From contig NC_087263.1 in assembly GCF_037042905.1 (NCBI RefSeq), positions 4,836,001 to 4,900,000 of the forward strand: DNA of 64,000 nucleotides, read 5' to 3'. The stretch is from Lytechinus pictus (Eukaryota). The notes beneath the pieces are model-generated. The model made no database searches and was not told the origin of the DNA. It saw only the letters and a program-made list of their open reading frames with translations. The translations under genes and the position numbers were made by a program. This document shows positions 24,309 through 39,229 of this stretch, one piece after another (position 1 is the stretch's first letter; the number at the start of each line of letters is the position of its first letter).

Positions 24309-24580
24309 GGGCCCCGTCTTACAAAGAGTTGCGATTGATCCGATCAATTGCAACTATGGAAAGCCAGCAAAGTAAACATATAAAATGCATGTTTGTTCCA
24401 ACATTTTTTTCTAGATATGATGTATATCTATACATTCATTGATTTCTTGAAAATTTGGTGTGTTCTCCTTAATTACAAAAGACATATTGCAAATTTCTTG
24501 TAGAAAAAATATGACACTGATGGATTTCCATAAAGTCATGATTGATTGGATCAATCGTAACTCTTTGTAAGACGGGGCCC
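24309..24580. mobile_element. Harbinger-like MITE, copy 2
   Basis: GGGCCCCGTCTTACAAAGAGTT ... AACTCTTTGTAAGACGGGGCCC. Confidence 0.85.
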
Positions 24581-25449
24581 TGGTCAATATTTTATATAGG
24601 CCTAAAAACCTTTGCTTTTTGTACCAGTGAATGTATTGTAAAAATTAGTATCTTTCTCAGAAAAAAAAATCAACGCATAAATCAGTATGTTTATTTGCAT
24701 TATTTTATTTCATTTTATTTTATTCTATTCTATTATATATGTAGAAGCTAGAGCATGACAGAGAGTGTGGTTGTACAGTAATAAAAAAAGGCTGCCACTA
24801 ATTTGAATTTCAGCCAATTTCAAGCGTCATTTAAGACTGACCATTGATTTTTCAAAACTATTTCTGCGGGGGGGGGGGGATTGGTCCATTGAAGATGCAA
24901 TATTTGTAATAGAAATTTGCAATTTATTCCATAACTTTATTTGTATATGGCAATAAGGGCTATTAGTTCTTATGTTGGGTATACCCTGCATAAGAGCTGA
25001 ATGAATAAACAAAGTAAAACATGAAAAAAGGAGATGGAACCATTTTGTTATCAAAGGAAACGAAAATATCCCTTTTAAATAATTCCAGAATTAATTACAC
25101 ATACTTTGCAAACCATGCATACTTGAAGCAGATGGATCGCGAGTAAACCCAAACGGATCGAGTCAGAGGAAACAATAAAACGAAGACAGAAAACAGGAAG
25201 TTTTTGACGTTTGGACGTAAATCGAACAAAAGAACTGACTCATGATTGTGATCACGGTGATGACCAAATGCAGTATTGCTAAGCACGCTCTGGATCTAAT
25301 GAGGACAGACTCTTTATCAGAAACACGTTTAATTAATTATGATGACAGAAAGAGACATATGATTGATGTGTAGTTCCCAGACGAGTTCGTCTTCCTAATC
25401 CATATTCGTGCCTCCCAATATCTTGTTTCCGTCTACTGCAGCTAAAATA

Positions 25450-25690
25450 GCGGTAGAAGTGATAGTGGCGGAAGTGATGGTGATAGTCACTGTGGTGGTG
25501 ATGGTGATGGCGGTGGTGATGTTGATGGTGTTGATCGTCGTGAAGGTGGTGGTGTTGGTGGTAAGCGTGGTGGTGATGAAGGTTGTGGTAGTGGTGGTGA
25601 TGATGGTGGTGATGGTGATGATGGTAGTGGTGATGATGGTGGTGGTGGTGGTGGTGGCGGTTGTGGTGATAGAAGTGCCTGTGTTGGTGG
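25450..25690. repeat. (GGT/GAT)n microsatellite
   Basis: Direct reading. Confidence 0.9.
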
Positions 25691-26851
25691 TCTATCCATG
25701 AATAGGACTTATATCTCCATGGTTTATCAAAATTTCATTTATAAACGCATTAACAGATCAACATTGAATATAATCCTTCATGTCGAGAACTGGAGAATGG
25801 AGTCGTCTCATCAACCAGCATGTTCACCAATTATTATGCTTTCTAACAAAGAAAATCGAATCAAAATGTTTTCCATACTTTCAAAGAGGAAGCGGAATAA
25901 TAGCTTTTTAATATTATTATCAGTCATTAATTTAATCCCTTATCAGCCAGGTTTGGTGGGTTATATTAACCACATGTAATATCAAAACTCCCTATTATTG
26001 CCAAGTTTCTATCATACTTTTAGTTTCGTTGTAGATAATTTGACTGCCAGGGACATCTGTGCTTTCTTTCTTTCAAATCATTGCAGATGTCACTTTACGT
26101 TTATCATAATCAAAGGAATCCTATAAACTTCTAAATGAATGGACAAACAAGTTAAGGATTAGTTTCAACGCCATCTCGAATTGCCAACCTGCCATCGTGG
26201 CGCTGTGATGTCTTCCAAAAAATAGAAAGATGGGATTTCTTAAAGCATCACCAGTGTTCCGGAAAGCTGAAGTTAATTATGAGTTCGTAAACAGTTAGAC
26301 ACAAAGACCAACTTTTGTAATTAGACCATTAAATGGGACAGTACTCTTTCAATGCGAGGGGGGGGGGGGGTTCAGTGAGAGGCGAGAGGAAATGGGGGCA
26401 AAGAATGCAACCAGGGGAGCAGAAGAATACGACAGGGGGTAGTGCAACGACCCTTTGAAAACTATTCAATATCCCCTCTCTATAAGTTTGGAGGAGTCAG
26501 GCAAGAAGAATGGGAGTCATGAGGGGAGATGAAAATAGTACCTTAATGATTTAAATGATTAATTGGTTAAGGAGAGGGGTAAAATGAGATAATGTGGATA
26601 ATGAGCTGAGTTGGTATGATGGTGAAACTTATTCGTCTGTATTCTGAAGTCCAGTTTAACTTGTCAGTTGTCTATGCCTTTGTTAAAATTATCAAATGTC
26701 AAAACTTTCCTCATTTCTTTTACTTTCAATGTTGTTATGTAGAAGAAAAATAATTTCAGTGTACTAATAATTGTAACTCTGTTGGATTTTCCATAGTTAA
26801 GCCAGGTTTTTGAGTTGACCAGATTTTAATTTTTTATACACGAGTTCAGAA

Positions 26852-27038
26852 CACTATAAAAACACTTAGAAACACGTAGAAAGGGATCATGCATATTTGC
26901 TGGGTATTTTTTTTACTCAATATGGGGCTATTACAACGCAGCATTGCGTACAATTTACAAAATATTGGGTATCTTTTTACCCAACCAACATGCAATGTTC
27001 CCATTTTAACCCAATATTGGGTAATTTTTTTTAGAGTG
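26852..27038. mobile_element. Small CACT...AGTG (EnSpm/CMC-like) element
   Basis: AA|CACTATAAAAA ... TTTTTAGAGTG|AA; 2-bp TSD; internal TGGGTA/TACCCA motifs. Confidence 0.55.
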
Positions 27039-27301
27039 AATACAGACGATTGTTTAATCAATGTTTGGAAGTTCATTTTGTGTAGTGCATCGGAGATAAT
27101 CATGATAATGGTGACAGTGGTCATTATGGTCATGATGGTGTTGGTGGTGGTGGTTCTTGAGCAGGTGATAGTTGCACTCATCAAGATAGAAATGGCGGCA
27201 ACGGTGATGCTGATGATTATGATGTGCTGTAATGGAGCGAAATGATGCTGGATGACGATGGTGGTCGAAACATGGTAACGACCATGATGGTAGGCATGGT
27301 G

Positions 27302-27551
27302 CACTGTAAAAACTCTGGTGTTGATTTAACACCAGCCTGGAATCTATATATATCCACACCTGAGAAGTGTTAATCAACACCAGTTTCGTTTTGGTCTAAC
27401 ACCAGATAGGTGTTTACACAACACCAATTAGTATCAAACAGCATCGGTTTGATTCCAAACTGGTGTCGTTTCAATACTTCTCTGGTGTGGACATATATAG
27501 ATTCCGGGCTGGTGTTTAACATGTTAAAACAACACCGGAGTTTTTGTAGTG
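27302..27551. mobile_element. EnSpm/CMC-like palindromic MITE
   Basis: TG|CACTGTAAAAACTCTGGTGTTG ... CAACACCGGAGTTTTTGTAGTG|TG; ~70-bp TIRs; 2-bp TSD. Confidence 0.8.
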
Positions 27552-28584
27552 TGGGTGAGGCGGTGTTGCTAATATAGGTCCATGCTAATAACGACGACGA
27601 CGATGATGGTGGTGATGTTTGTAGTGGGAATGGTTGTATACTGTGATGGTGAAGGTGGAAATTATAGAATCATGATATTCGTGATATAAGGGGTTCAGTG
27701 AATGTGGATCTCAGTGATATAACATGCTTTACATAATGCCTTGGGCACAGATATCCTGGCGTTACTCATGAACAAGAAATTAAACAAGAGATGATAACAA
27801 AAGGACGAAATTTATTCAGTTCGATTTGAATCCAATTAGCGTATCAACAGAGAATAATCTTACACCAGACAGATATCTTCATGATCAAGCATGACATAGA
27901 TAAAAGCATGACTGAACATAAAAGGACTAATCATACACTCATTGTTTTCACAGTCAGTGACATTTTCGAGGTTACTCTCGGGCAGACGATTCAAGAACGT
28001 CTCGTTGAAAAGTCAGCGGAGAGACAAAGAAGACGATTAAACGCAAAATGTCACGGTGAACTGATCCTTTATCCCCGTGAACCCAACGGCCGAGATCCCA
28101 TTCAAACCCTGGTATCTGGAACACTGCCCTAAGCCTTCATCTTGTGAACGTGTCCACGTTTTCACGGTCGATTGGCCCCGTCGTCCATCTCGATACAAAA
28201 ATCATCTCATTTAAATTTGTGTCATTATTTCATTTCGTGACAGAAGGGAAACGCCTAAATGAAGCACCTGCCTCGCTATGGAGAAGGCCTATATAATTAA
28301 ATGCATTTTCACCGGCTTGATAGACCTTCGCCTGTAAAGCATTTATTACAAATCAAGCGTTATATTAATTTAATAACGACAGCATTGTTCTCGATGGAGG
28401 CATTGTATCTTTTTTATAGTGAACGTCGCCTTTTGTCTCTTGCTAGCCAATAAAATATTCACTTTCTCCCTGGTAACGTTTGTTTCCTGCAAAGTCATTG
28501 GACGACCAGTTGCTTTGTTTGAAAATAATTATATACTTTATTATATAGGCCTATTGGTACTTTTATGAATTTGGGACTGATTAA

Positions 28585-28974
28585 CGATAAAAGACAGTAG
28601 TTGCAGCAAACAATTATTTCATGAGAAAGTCTTAAAATCAAGGTTAATTGTATGAATACATCATACATCTAGATCTGGTACATTAATGTAAACTTATCAT
28701 TGTAAAAATCATGAAATCTTAGCTCAAAATCGATAATTCTGATGATCACTAACACAGAAAGCATATGAGGGTAGTGTATTAATATTGCTTCGAAAAATAC
28801 CCGAATTTTGATGGAATTCCGTGGTTATTTTGCTAATTTCTCAGCAATTACGCATTTTCTTCCAGAGCTATTTGGCATATATTTTGTATTCATACCTACA
28901 AACACTTTGGTGGTATTTTTATTGGATTCTGTTCGAACTCATTTTGAGTTCGTTACCACAACTGGTATTTATCT
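28585..28974. mobile_element. Kolobok-type element (family D), older copy
   Basis: TTAA flanks; homologous along its length to 48550-48944. Confidence 0.75.
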
Positions 28975-31914
28975 TTAAAGGTGACCCAATGAACATTTGC
29001 ATCGGTTGTAATGTTTGGGTAAGAATTTATTTTTTTAATGTTGGTTGGTCAAGCTTTATCATGCAGGTAAACAGATCGAACGTTACTCAATTTGGAATAC
29101 CTTTGCGTTCTTATACATACAATTTTTCAGTGTTCACAATAAAATATATGTCTGTAGAATGTAGATATACTTAAAACAATAAAATATATATTTGAAAACT
29201 GATTCAACTGAAAAATAATGAAATAACAAGTACAAGAGGGCCCAGGAGAAACTGAAAGAACTCGGCGGTGGAGAGGGGGAGAGAGAGAGAGAACGAGAGA
29301 GAGGGGGAGACGAGTGTGATGGAAAGAGGGAGAAAGAGGGGGGGGGGGGTAAGGGGAGGAACGGAAAAGCACATAAATGGATGTAGATAACAATTGGCTT
29401 TTCGGCTCTAATGAATCACCCGCATAAAAAAAGAGGGAAAAAAGTGTAGCAAACTCAATTTGGTAGCAACAAAAAAGGTCGATTTTACTCCTTTTCATTC
29501 ACAAAAAATCGATGTCCACACCACATAAACTTCGAGGATAAAGGTAGCCCAGTTTGCTAAAGGTTTCAAAACAATGCTGTACTTTGTGGGGTGCACGCGT
29601 GCGCCGTTCTTTGTTCCTCGCTGTCGTAATCCGGGGTGTTTTTCTACCCCTTCCACGAGCGAGGCTCGCGACACGAGCAACCGCAAATAATGTCCGCGCT
29701 TTGATGGAAGGGCCTTGCGCAGAGGAGAGAGATGAGATGTGATGGTGGATTAAGAAATATCAAGTTTTCATGGCATTCATGACATATCAATTACATAAAA
29801 TAAAATGAATTTCCTGACTAAACAGTCATGGTAGTTGTGAAGTCGGATCAAGAAATTTATTCAGCAAAATGTAGCCAAATTATACAATTTTTTTTCGCTT
29901 TTTAACTGTGCAAAGCAAGGTCAGGTGAAAGTAGTCTGCGTTCTTGTTTTAAACATCACATTTTCATTAATATTTAGAACTCTTTTAAAATATATAGAGA
30001 ACCGTGCGTATTGGTTCTTGAAACATCATTTAGCCTAACAAAATCCCTTTTCCGAGATCAAACCATTAATGAAACATGTGTTAAAAATTAATTATTTCGT
30101 CTCACTTTGTGTTAATAACGATATTAGCAAAAATCAAATAGCGATCAAAGTGGTGGAGGGCGATTAGCTATTAGCAATTTAACAAAAAAATAGCATAGTT
30201 TGTACTCATTCTTGATAAGAGTTTAGAAAATCGATTTAGCAGTTAACACATCAGATGGGACACATTTTAATCACCCGATCCTAAGACATTATATCCTAAG
30301 ACATGGACCCCCTAAGTGCCCTTGCGCTGACCCCCTTCCAGTTTCATCAAGGGGGCAGAACTGGAGGGGAACTAAAATTGAAAACCTACATGATGAAAAC
30401 AAAAACTGGAATATAGTCCCTTCTCCTGGTCCTAATCCCATCTCAAACAAGCATTATTTCTCCTGCTTTATTTTGGAGAGGAATTTACACCTCCATTCAT
30501 GGTAATATCTCCCCAAGAACCAGCGAGGATTGAGAAAAAGTAACTAAACGGACGCCTTTGTCATGAAATCCCATCAGACCGACAATAGGACCTGTAGTAT
30601 GAGACCTATACTATAGCAGCAGGGCTTCTGAGCGGAGAGATGGTGACAAGTGCACGGGGAGGTCTCCGGGTTGGGCTTTGTCCCCCTTTCGCTATTGAGG
30701 ATCTAGATTTCGTCACACCCCCTTTCTGGGGGTTTGTTTGCTTTCGTTTAACTCATTTTCGGAGGGGGAGCTTTTGTCTCTTGAAATTTCGACTAAATTC
30801 AATGAAAGTTCTTTGTTTAATCGATGAGATTGTCCGTGTGCGAGCGAGTATAATCCATAAGCCCGTGCATATAGGCCTAGGCCTACTATTTTGTTTTTAT
30901 CTCTCTTGTCACTTTCGCTGTATTATTATCAGATTATCGTCCATCTGTTGATCTATCAATTATGTTTGTTCCTCTGTTTCGTTCTTTGCAGCTTTAACGC
31001 CCCCTCGTCTTTTCACTGTCATTATTCACTATCATATCCATGTATATAATTTTTATTTTGGATTTATAAAAATTAATGCGCAAGAACCTGATAAAATTTG
31101 TTATTTATAACAAAAGTTTCGCGTGCACAAAATTTAAAGTGCAGGATATTAATTTATTATATTCAACTCGTGGGCTATCATGTCCTTGCAAAGTCATAGT
31201 AATCAGATCCATCTGCAAACGATGAATTTTAAAGTCCATAACTTTGTCATTTATACGTCAAAATTCGACTCATTAAAGTCAATCGGGGTTTTAATCTTCT
31301 GTGTTTCATCTATACTGAGACTTTCATTTACTTTAAAGTTTCCACGTTTGCCATGTACAACAAAATCTTGCCCAATTGACCTCTAAAGCCTATAATGACT
31401 AAAAAATAACGAATTCAAAGGAAAAGTGATATGGAAATGCAATATATCCTTTCAATTTTTTGTTATGGTCGAAAAATGTTATGAAAATTAATTAAGGTGA
31501 CATGATAAAGGAAACAAACAAAAAGACCTAAGAAATATGCAATGGAACTCGCAATGTTTATCCAGACCAGGAAATGGTTAGTCTCACTAACATTTCCCTA
31601 TTCAGACAACACAGAACTTACGAATTGAAATGTTGGAGTATAAAAATCCCAAACAAACAAACACCTTGTCAATCACAAGCTTAGTCAGTGGTCCGCAAGA
31701 TTGAGAGTAAAAACTAAAACATTATAGTTGAACTTGAAAAATCGCTCTTCCGTTTACCGTTAAAATGTGTGTAGGCAGATTATACTCATGGTCAAGGTCA
31801 AAGTCACAGAAACATGAGGTTGCATGAACTTTGAGAAAGTGCAAATGCGTTGTCATGGTTGTTGGTACCATGGGCCTATTGAAACGGACACTGGTGAATC
31901 GTTTTTCTGGTAAA

Positions 31915-32337
31915 TTGCCAATTCGCCTACTACCAACTCGTCCACTCACCACGTGGTCTACCTTCATTTAGTCTAATGCCATTCCATCCATCAACATTTC
32001 GTCTAACAGCCATTTGGTCCATTACCTATTTGGTCCAATCATCTCTCCGTCTAAAATCGCTAGTTCGTTTATGACAATTTTGTCTAATAACCAGTTGGTC
32101 TAATACCCATTTTAATTTCATTCATTTTGCACAATTAACTATTCTAATTAGACCAAGTGGAATATGGACTAAATGGCTATTGGACCAACTGGTTATTAGA
32201 TGATATGATGAGTGGACGAATTGGCAATTAGACCATGTGGGGCCATGTGGATAGTGGAAGACATGATGGTAGACCAAATGATTAGAGGAGTTGGTAATTG
32301 GACGAATTTACATTAGACCAATATTGGAAATAAACCC
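31915..32337. repeat. Foldback-type repeat of ~20-bp subunits in inverted halves
   Basis: TTGGTCTAAT/CTCGTCCA subunits mirrored by ATTAGACCAA/TGGACGAA; ends ATTGGAAATAAACC. Confidence 0.7.
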
Positions 32338-35300
32338 ATATGAAGTATGCATGAGCTTGCGAACTTCAGGATTTTTTTTATAGTGCCTCGGTTAGGGAAG
32401 CACAAGATTTTCCTCATTCACTTGATGATTTTTTTGTTTAAATGTCATTCGAAATATTGTCTGTCCTCCAGGTGTATTTATCTGTATAATTATGGAAAAA
32501 TCCTTTATATAGTTGTTTCACAATGGATTTGTATGATGGAAACAGCTAAACATTTGAGAGGACTCAACATTGCGCTTCGGGCAAAATTTTCTAAAAAGCT
32601 GCGAGCGAGCGAAAATTGTTGCCTTTTCTAAATTGAAAAAAAAAGTTTAATAAAAGGATTATATCACAAGTCATTTCACCTTTTCTCTTTCTTTTACTTT
32701 ATCTTGGTCGATGATATATTCTTCTTATTATTATTTTATCTATTTATTTTTATTTATTTACTAAATATTTTCCTTATGTTTTTTTTGGGGGGTCTAGTGC
32801 CTCCCCCATCATCTATACGGCAGCAGTGGCGTTGATTGTTCTGCAACCGAATTGTGTGATAATGGCCGAAAGTTTACAGGCAACTCAACTAGCTATCAAT
32901 GCTGACCTTGTTAACTGGGTTTTTCTGTCATGGGATCTGTTAAAACCATTCCAAACGCTTCTTTAAAAAACTGGTAAACATTATGAAAATTCTTTGCCTA
33001 GATGAGAAAGCCAAATTTGTCCAAATTGTTGGGAAATTTATTCCAAATTTCCGTTCTGCCCGCCTCTCGGCGACGCGAACAAAACACGGGCAGGGTTGAG
33101 CTGGGGGTCAATCGGTCATTTTGAGGGGGGTAACGAGAGATTGGATGTTCCGCTCTGGACGTTGGACGCTGCTTGATTGGTGATAGATTGGAGAAGGGGA
33201 AGGGATGGGTGGTTCAAGTTCAAAGGGAGGGTCAAGCGGTTCGAATCACCAGAAGGGGATGGGAGGGACAGAGCATTACAGTTTGCCGAAAATTGTGTCG
33301 CGAGAATCCTATCTCTCGCTCCCTCCCTCCATCCCTCCTCTTCTCCCTTTCTCTTCCTTCCACATTTCTCTACCGTGTATCCCTCTCTCCTCGTCCACCC
33401 ACTTCTCCCATTTTCTCCCCCCTCCCATCTCCCCCTACCTCCATCTTCTTTCTATCTCCCCGTGTACCTCCGTTTCCCTTTGTCTCTGTTTATCCCTCCC
33501 CTCTCCATTCCACAGGCCAAATTATAGGGGGGGGGGGGGGTAAAGCATACATTTCAGAGGCATTGAACGGTTATCTGAATAAAACAGTATATATATAAAA
33601 TAATTCCAAACCACCTTAAAAATACAGGATAAAATTTATTGAGTAATAATCATAATACTTTCATAATTACCCAAATAGCTCAAACTGCTTGTCAATATAA
33701 AACCATAATTTACACTAAACATGATTTAAGTAAAAACACTTGCAGCATATTTAAAAACTAGATGAAATATAAATTATACATACATGTAAAACTAAGGCAA
33801 TTTAATACTATAAAGTGCGGCACGGCATGTATGGCCCCTCGATACATTGTATTTACATTGCAGTTTTTTTTATCATACATAGAAAATATTTATTAAAAAA
33901 AACATTTATTGGTACAAACGTGAGCACGTAAAAAAAGATCATGTAACACAAGGAGAAAACAAGCCGACCCCATCTTGCGTTTTCCTCCTTTACCACCCAT
34001 CCCCTCCCTCTTTACATCCAAGCTGCACCCCCCCCCCCGCCACAACAACAAACAGGGACGCCAGAGAAAGCAGTCCCCTTGTCTCATGCAATATCACAAC
34101 TATCAACGCTGACTCCTGTCTGGGATTATGTCAGGTGATTATTTTGGCGGGTGCGTCGCGTGCCGAACTGTCAAAAATCATCACGATCGATTTCTCTTGA
34201 AAGACGATCGTCATGATGATCGTCGTCTGTCGCTCGGGTCTACGCCTCGCTCCCGCCACTGAAAACAAATGGATGACGACTTTTTCTTCAAATTATTTGC
34301 TCTGATATTTTCAGAGCAAGTAGGATACATGATCAATGACTCGTCTCGTCACCAGTGACCCCTTTCATACACTCTAATACAAGTGTATACATCTTCCAAT
34401 TATGAAGTAATGATGATAATAACAATGAAGTTCGGCAAATCAAGCGATTATAGCGCTTGCTCCATAATTGTGTCTAATTCCAAGTGATGTTTCACGGTTC
34501 AAATTAATTCCTTCCAAAAACGCAATCTTATATCGTCTAAGTGCCACTTAATAATTATGTGTGTGATGTGAATCTAGGCACATTTCAAGAAAGTCTTTAC
34601 ATTATGTAATGGAACATGGAATATTTTGTTATATTTCATTGCAAACAACATTACATCATATACCATGTACAATGTTATCAGGCAATAACAGCACACCTGT
34701 GGAATGTAAATTACCCGCGTGGAAAACCTATATTTTTTAGTAACAAGGAGGTAGCAAAAAATTGAACTAAATTTGGCGCGCTTTCTCGATCTGCCCCCGC
34801 GCTTTTTTATTGATCGACTGACGTAGTAATCGAAAATGGAGAACCGGCTATTCATCTCTTAAAACCACTCTGAAGAAGGGTTTGTTTTTATTTTCTCGAA
34901 GAAATCAATCTTGTTCCTATTAAAGGTCTACTTTGAGGCAAAATAATGAGTCTGCAAGACTTCTTGCAGCTTCCTTTTGACTTTCTAAGCGTATCGATTA
35001 ATACATGAGCCTTCAACAATACCGTGGTAGGATGTCGCGTGGTCTTTTGTTGTCTTTATGATTGCTTCTTGATGATAACAATAGGAGCCACGCGCTCAAA
35101 TTGATTAGACAAAGTTGGAGACGAAAGGATAGAGGTTAATAGTTTTATAGATCGGGGCAATCATCCGGGAACTTTCGCATATGGCAATTATGCCATCGAC
35201 ACTAATTAAACAACAACGTAACTCGGGCATGACCAGGCGCTAAACGACAAAAACTTTTAGTGCCATTTGCTTTGACGAGATGGTGGGATATTTTATCCTT

Positions 35301-35760
35301 TCAAGTCGACTTCACAGTCTTATTTCGACTTATCTGCTATGGAAGTCGACAAGGCGAGACAAATTATCTTGCCTGGTAAGCATGACGACATTACTTTATA
35401 TCGCCAAGTCGACTTGCAATGTTGATAAGTCGATTTCAGTGGACATGATCTGACGTCATGGACGTCGGTCGCTCCAATCAACACAATGACGGATGGGTCC
35501 TCATGGAGTCAAAAAGCTGTTACACGTTGCAGTTCAAATTTGCCAAGATTCGAGCTTAATTGGAGCTATATGTTTGTATTGCTAAGAGAACTTTTGATTG
35601 GAATATTATTCTCAGCAAAATCTACAATTATTCTTAACCCGTCATAAAACCATGTTAACACAAGCATTATATACATATACTAGAATAATATTTTAAAATA
35701 CTTTGTTTATTCTTTTATCTACATGAATGGCAGCTGATTTCAATCACGTCGATGATTCCA

Positions 35761-35936
35761 TCAAATCTTTTTGGCGTGTATCTTGAAAGGATCGGGTATG
35801 TTGGTAAGACCGTGCTTGCCACCGATGCTTGTCGGTGCATCCTCTGGCAAGGTAAGCGAGAAATGCTGTAGAAGGCTGGTCATGAACAGGAATACTTCCA
35901 TGCGAGCAAGGTGCTCCCCGGGACAAACTCGCAAAC
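35761..35936 (-). CDS. Cytochrome P450, exon 5 (heme-ligand Cys, stop)
   Basis: CCGCAG|GT acceptor completes FGYGLRVCPG; ends IHAKKI-TGA; the five exons total 1527 nt = 508 aa + stop. Confidence 0.95.
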
Positions 35937-36768
35937 CTGCGGGATTCGTCGAAACAGAAAGAGCATCGATTAATGATTGAATTAAAGACGGGGGGGGGGG
36001 GGGTAGAACATCACCTTTTTATCATTTTTTCTCTCTTGTCATTTATTACATCTTGTTAATATTTCATTTTGTAATTGTTTGAACGCACAAGTATCAATTT
36101 CCAGTATCTTTGAAGTTTGATGTATAATTTGTATAATTATATTATTATTTTTTATTTATTTATTTTTATTTATTTTATACTGCAGGGTAGGCCTGTTCAG
36201 TTATGCAAAACAGCTTTCCAAAGGCACCTGCAGTTTAACAAAATAAATAATTCATCATCATAGCAAATAAATGTATGTAACGTATAATATAGTAAAAACA
36301 GAATATATAAATATAGAGTGAAATCAACAATGGGATATGGATTATTGTATAACTTATAATCATGTTTCAAATAATTTGTACAACTTGTTATGCAATGTGT
36401 ATTTGTAATTGAGAGAATACAATAAAAACATCCTTGAAAAATAAAGATAAATTAATGTAATTGCAGTTAACACTGATTTTATTTAAAACAAGGTCTTTAA
36501 ATCCTACGTGAATTGCCACCATTATCATCGTTGATACAGATCTGGTACATTACGTGAATTTTGTAAAACCATGGACCTATAGGTCCATGGTAAAACCGTG
36601 TAATCAAAGACACTGGCCAATCCAGGGGGGGGGGGGGGGCTGGCCCGTCCCCCTTGAGAGGCACAATTAAAATCTGTAATGTAAAATTGCTTTTACTTGT
36701 CAATTTTTTCCTCTGGAAAATGGGCTCCCTTATTTGCTCTCATATAGTGGTGATAAACCATGCCTTAC

Positions 36769-37231
36769 CATAACCAAACGGAAGCGGCTCCAGCTTCTTG
36801 TTGAATTGCCCTTCTGCATCAAGAAACCTCTCCGGCTTAAACTCTAGAGGATCCTTCCAAAGATTACCGCTCCGCGACAGGTACCACAAGTTGGCAATAA
36901 CCGCGCTCCCCTGTGTGACGTCATATCCGCCCACCTTGCAATCACGCGACGCGATGTGGGGAACGTGGATCGCAACCGCCGGGTGAAGCCGCATGCACTC
37001 CGCCAACGTCGCTTCCGTGAACGGCATGGAGTGGCGATCGGAGAAGCGTGGGGTCTTTTCGCTTCCGACCACATCGACGATCTCTTGGCGGACGCGTTCC
37101 TGGATTCCAGGGTGAACTGCTAACGTGAAGATCATCCAGGAGATACTGGTTGTCGAGGTTTCAAAGCCACCCAAGAGCGCGTCGAAGCTGGTAGCCAGTA
37201 GATTGAGCTCATCGAAGGTTCCTGTGTTATT
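36769..37231 (-). CDS. Cytochrome P450, exon 4
   Basis: TTTTAG|AAT acceptor; I-helix GGFETS, K-helix ECMR, PERF, PFGY; donor G|GTAAGG; 463 nt. Confidence 0.95.
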
Positions 37232-37975
37232 CTAAAAGTAATTGAACGAAAGACGCAAGTTTAGGAAGTCTAATGTAATTTCATCCCACATAATGTAATT
37301 CCTTTCCTCGACGCATGAATGTAGCCAATACATGAAGCTGACATAGCAAAACCCTAAACAACCTTTCATTGAGTAACAAGCATAACCAACATGTCAAGGC
37401 TTCTCAGATCTATGCCCAGGAAATGAAGTGTGGGACAGTGATTATTCTTTATGGCATATTTGGTTTTTGTCTAGGCCATTGATCAAAGACGATTGAAATT
37501 ATGATTATTCAATCTTTTTAAAAACATAGGGACCAATTAAATGTTTACTTAATCTATTATTTGATTTATTTGGTTTTTTATATTGACCTCAGAGTCTGAA
37601 GTCCTTGACCTTGGTCTTGGCGTAGGTACTAAATCGAGGGAGGAATGAAGCCTGACGGGGCCAGGGAATATGAATAAGAAGGAAACAACAAGTCAATGCA
37701 TAATATAGCACCTATTTGTTATGATCCTAGAGCCTGGCCTTGGTCTCGAGGATTAATTTGGTCATGTGGTCTTATCTAGTCATTGACCTTGGCCTTGGCT
37801 TTGGACGTCGGAGGGCATTTGCTTTAGATCATTGGCCTTGACCACGGGCAGTGAGGCATTGCCTTGTCTTTGACCTAGGTCTGGGTGACCTCAGCCACAG
37901 CTCCCTGCTTGCGGATACCAAAACGCCTGCCAGAATGACCGACGGCCTTCAACACCCCCTTACAATTCCACCTAC

Positions 37976-38384
37976 CTCTTCCTTTCGTTTGTACATCTCC
38001 TTCAAGTAGCAACCGATGAAATCCGTCCCAGGTTTGTCCTGGTCGAACTCCGCCTTGTGGGTCTCTACGGATCTCCGGAGCACATTGAGCATCTCCACGC
38101 TGAGGGAGACGATTTCCGTCTTGGCCGAGGACGGAAGCTTCGCCAGGATCGGCATGATTGAGAAGAGACCAGCCGGTCCGAGGATCTTGTAGATCCGGTG
38201 CGAGCATTCGATGAGGTGCTTGAATTCTTCGTCGTCGTGGTCGTAGTTGATGCCGGTGATGATGCGGGTGATGATGTTTGCGATGGCGATGTTGATCCTG
38301 ATAGCCGGGTCGAAGCTCTCGTCGCCTTTCTTTTCTATCTCTTTCAACAGCCTGTCCACCTCGGATCCGATTATTTCCTCGAAT
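37976..38384 (-). CDS. Cytochrome P450, exon 3
   Basis: CCTGCCAG|ATTC acceptor; FDP...AIANII...YDHDD...DFIGCYL; donor GAG|GTAGGT; 409 nt. Confidence 0.93.
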
Positions 38385-39112
38385 CTGGCAGGAGAATATT
38401 TTTTTTGACGATGTAAAAAATATGCAACTTTTGGCATACTTAAAACAAGACGTTGGATTTGATAACAGTGCCTAATAGGTTGAATCGACGGTACCCACAT
38501 TATAAAAAAAAATCACATTTTCTTCTATCTTTTCTTCATCACATCCGACTTTTCTGAGTGATCATTGATTCGATCTCGATTTGGAAAAAAATAGAAAACC
38601 AAACCAGAAAAAAAATGTGAATGACTTGCATCTTCAATTCACTTCATAAAATCCATGTATATTATGAATCATAATGTACATGGATTTGTCAGTTGAATTG
38701 TCCCTGCAACGAATGACCTGTAAATTTGATCATTATTTAATCAGATTGATTTGTTAATTTGCTTGATTTTGTTATGTTTGAATGAGTAGTCACTTCAATC
38801 TTGTTACTTCTTTTTACGTTTATTTTTATCTAAAATGAGAATTAATTGATTCAATTCAATTGAAATACCCTGTTCTTTTTTCATCATCATCAACATCATA
38901 CTAATGAAGTTTCAATCTACTGTCGCAAGCCAGTCTCTGGTTTCAAGAAATTCACAAACCATGCAAATGGGGAGCATTTCATGAAACAATCAGTAATTTC
39001 CACTATTGTTATAAGCTACTAGAAATCCTTGCATCTGAATGGCTGAGAGCAAGTCAGTAGAAATCACTGATAAAACTCTTGATGTGAAATGCCCCCCATT
39101 GCTCCATCTTAC

Positions 39113-39200
39113 CTTATCACACCCAAATCGATTTTCTTGAAAACTTTCAGGAAGAATCGGCGTTGTTCCTTCCATACCTCACCATTTGAGGCCGCAATTC
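39113..39200 (-). CDS. Cytochrome P450, exon 2
   Basis: TTTCAG|GAATT acceptor; GIAASNGEVWKEQRRF (C-helix WxxxR); donor AG|GTAAGA; 88 nt. Confidence 0.93.
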
Positions 39201-39229
39201 CTGAAAAGGAACGAAATTAAGGAAACATT

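Noticed and set aside
34700-35450. CpG-rich block and AAGTCGAC repeats downstream of the P450, considered as a decayed transposase or promoter
   Set aside because: No recognisable reading frame or termini; nothing supportable without data
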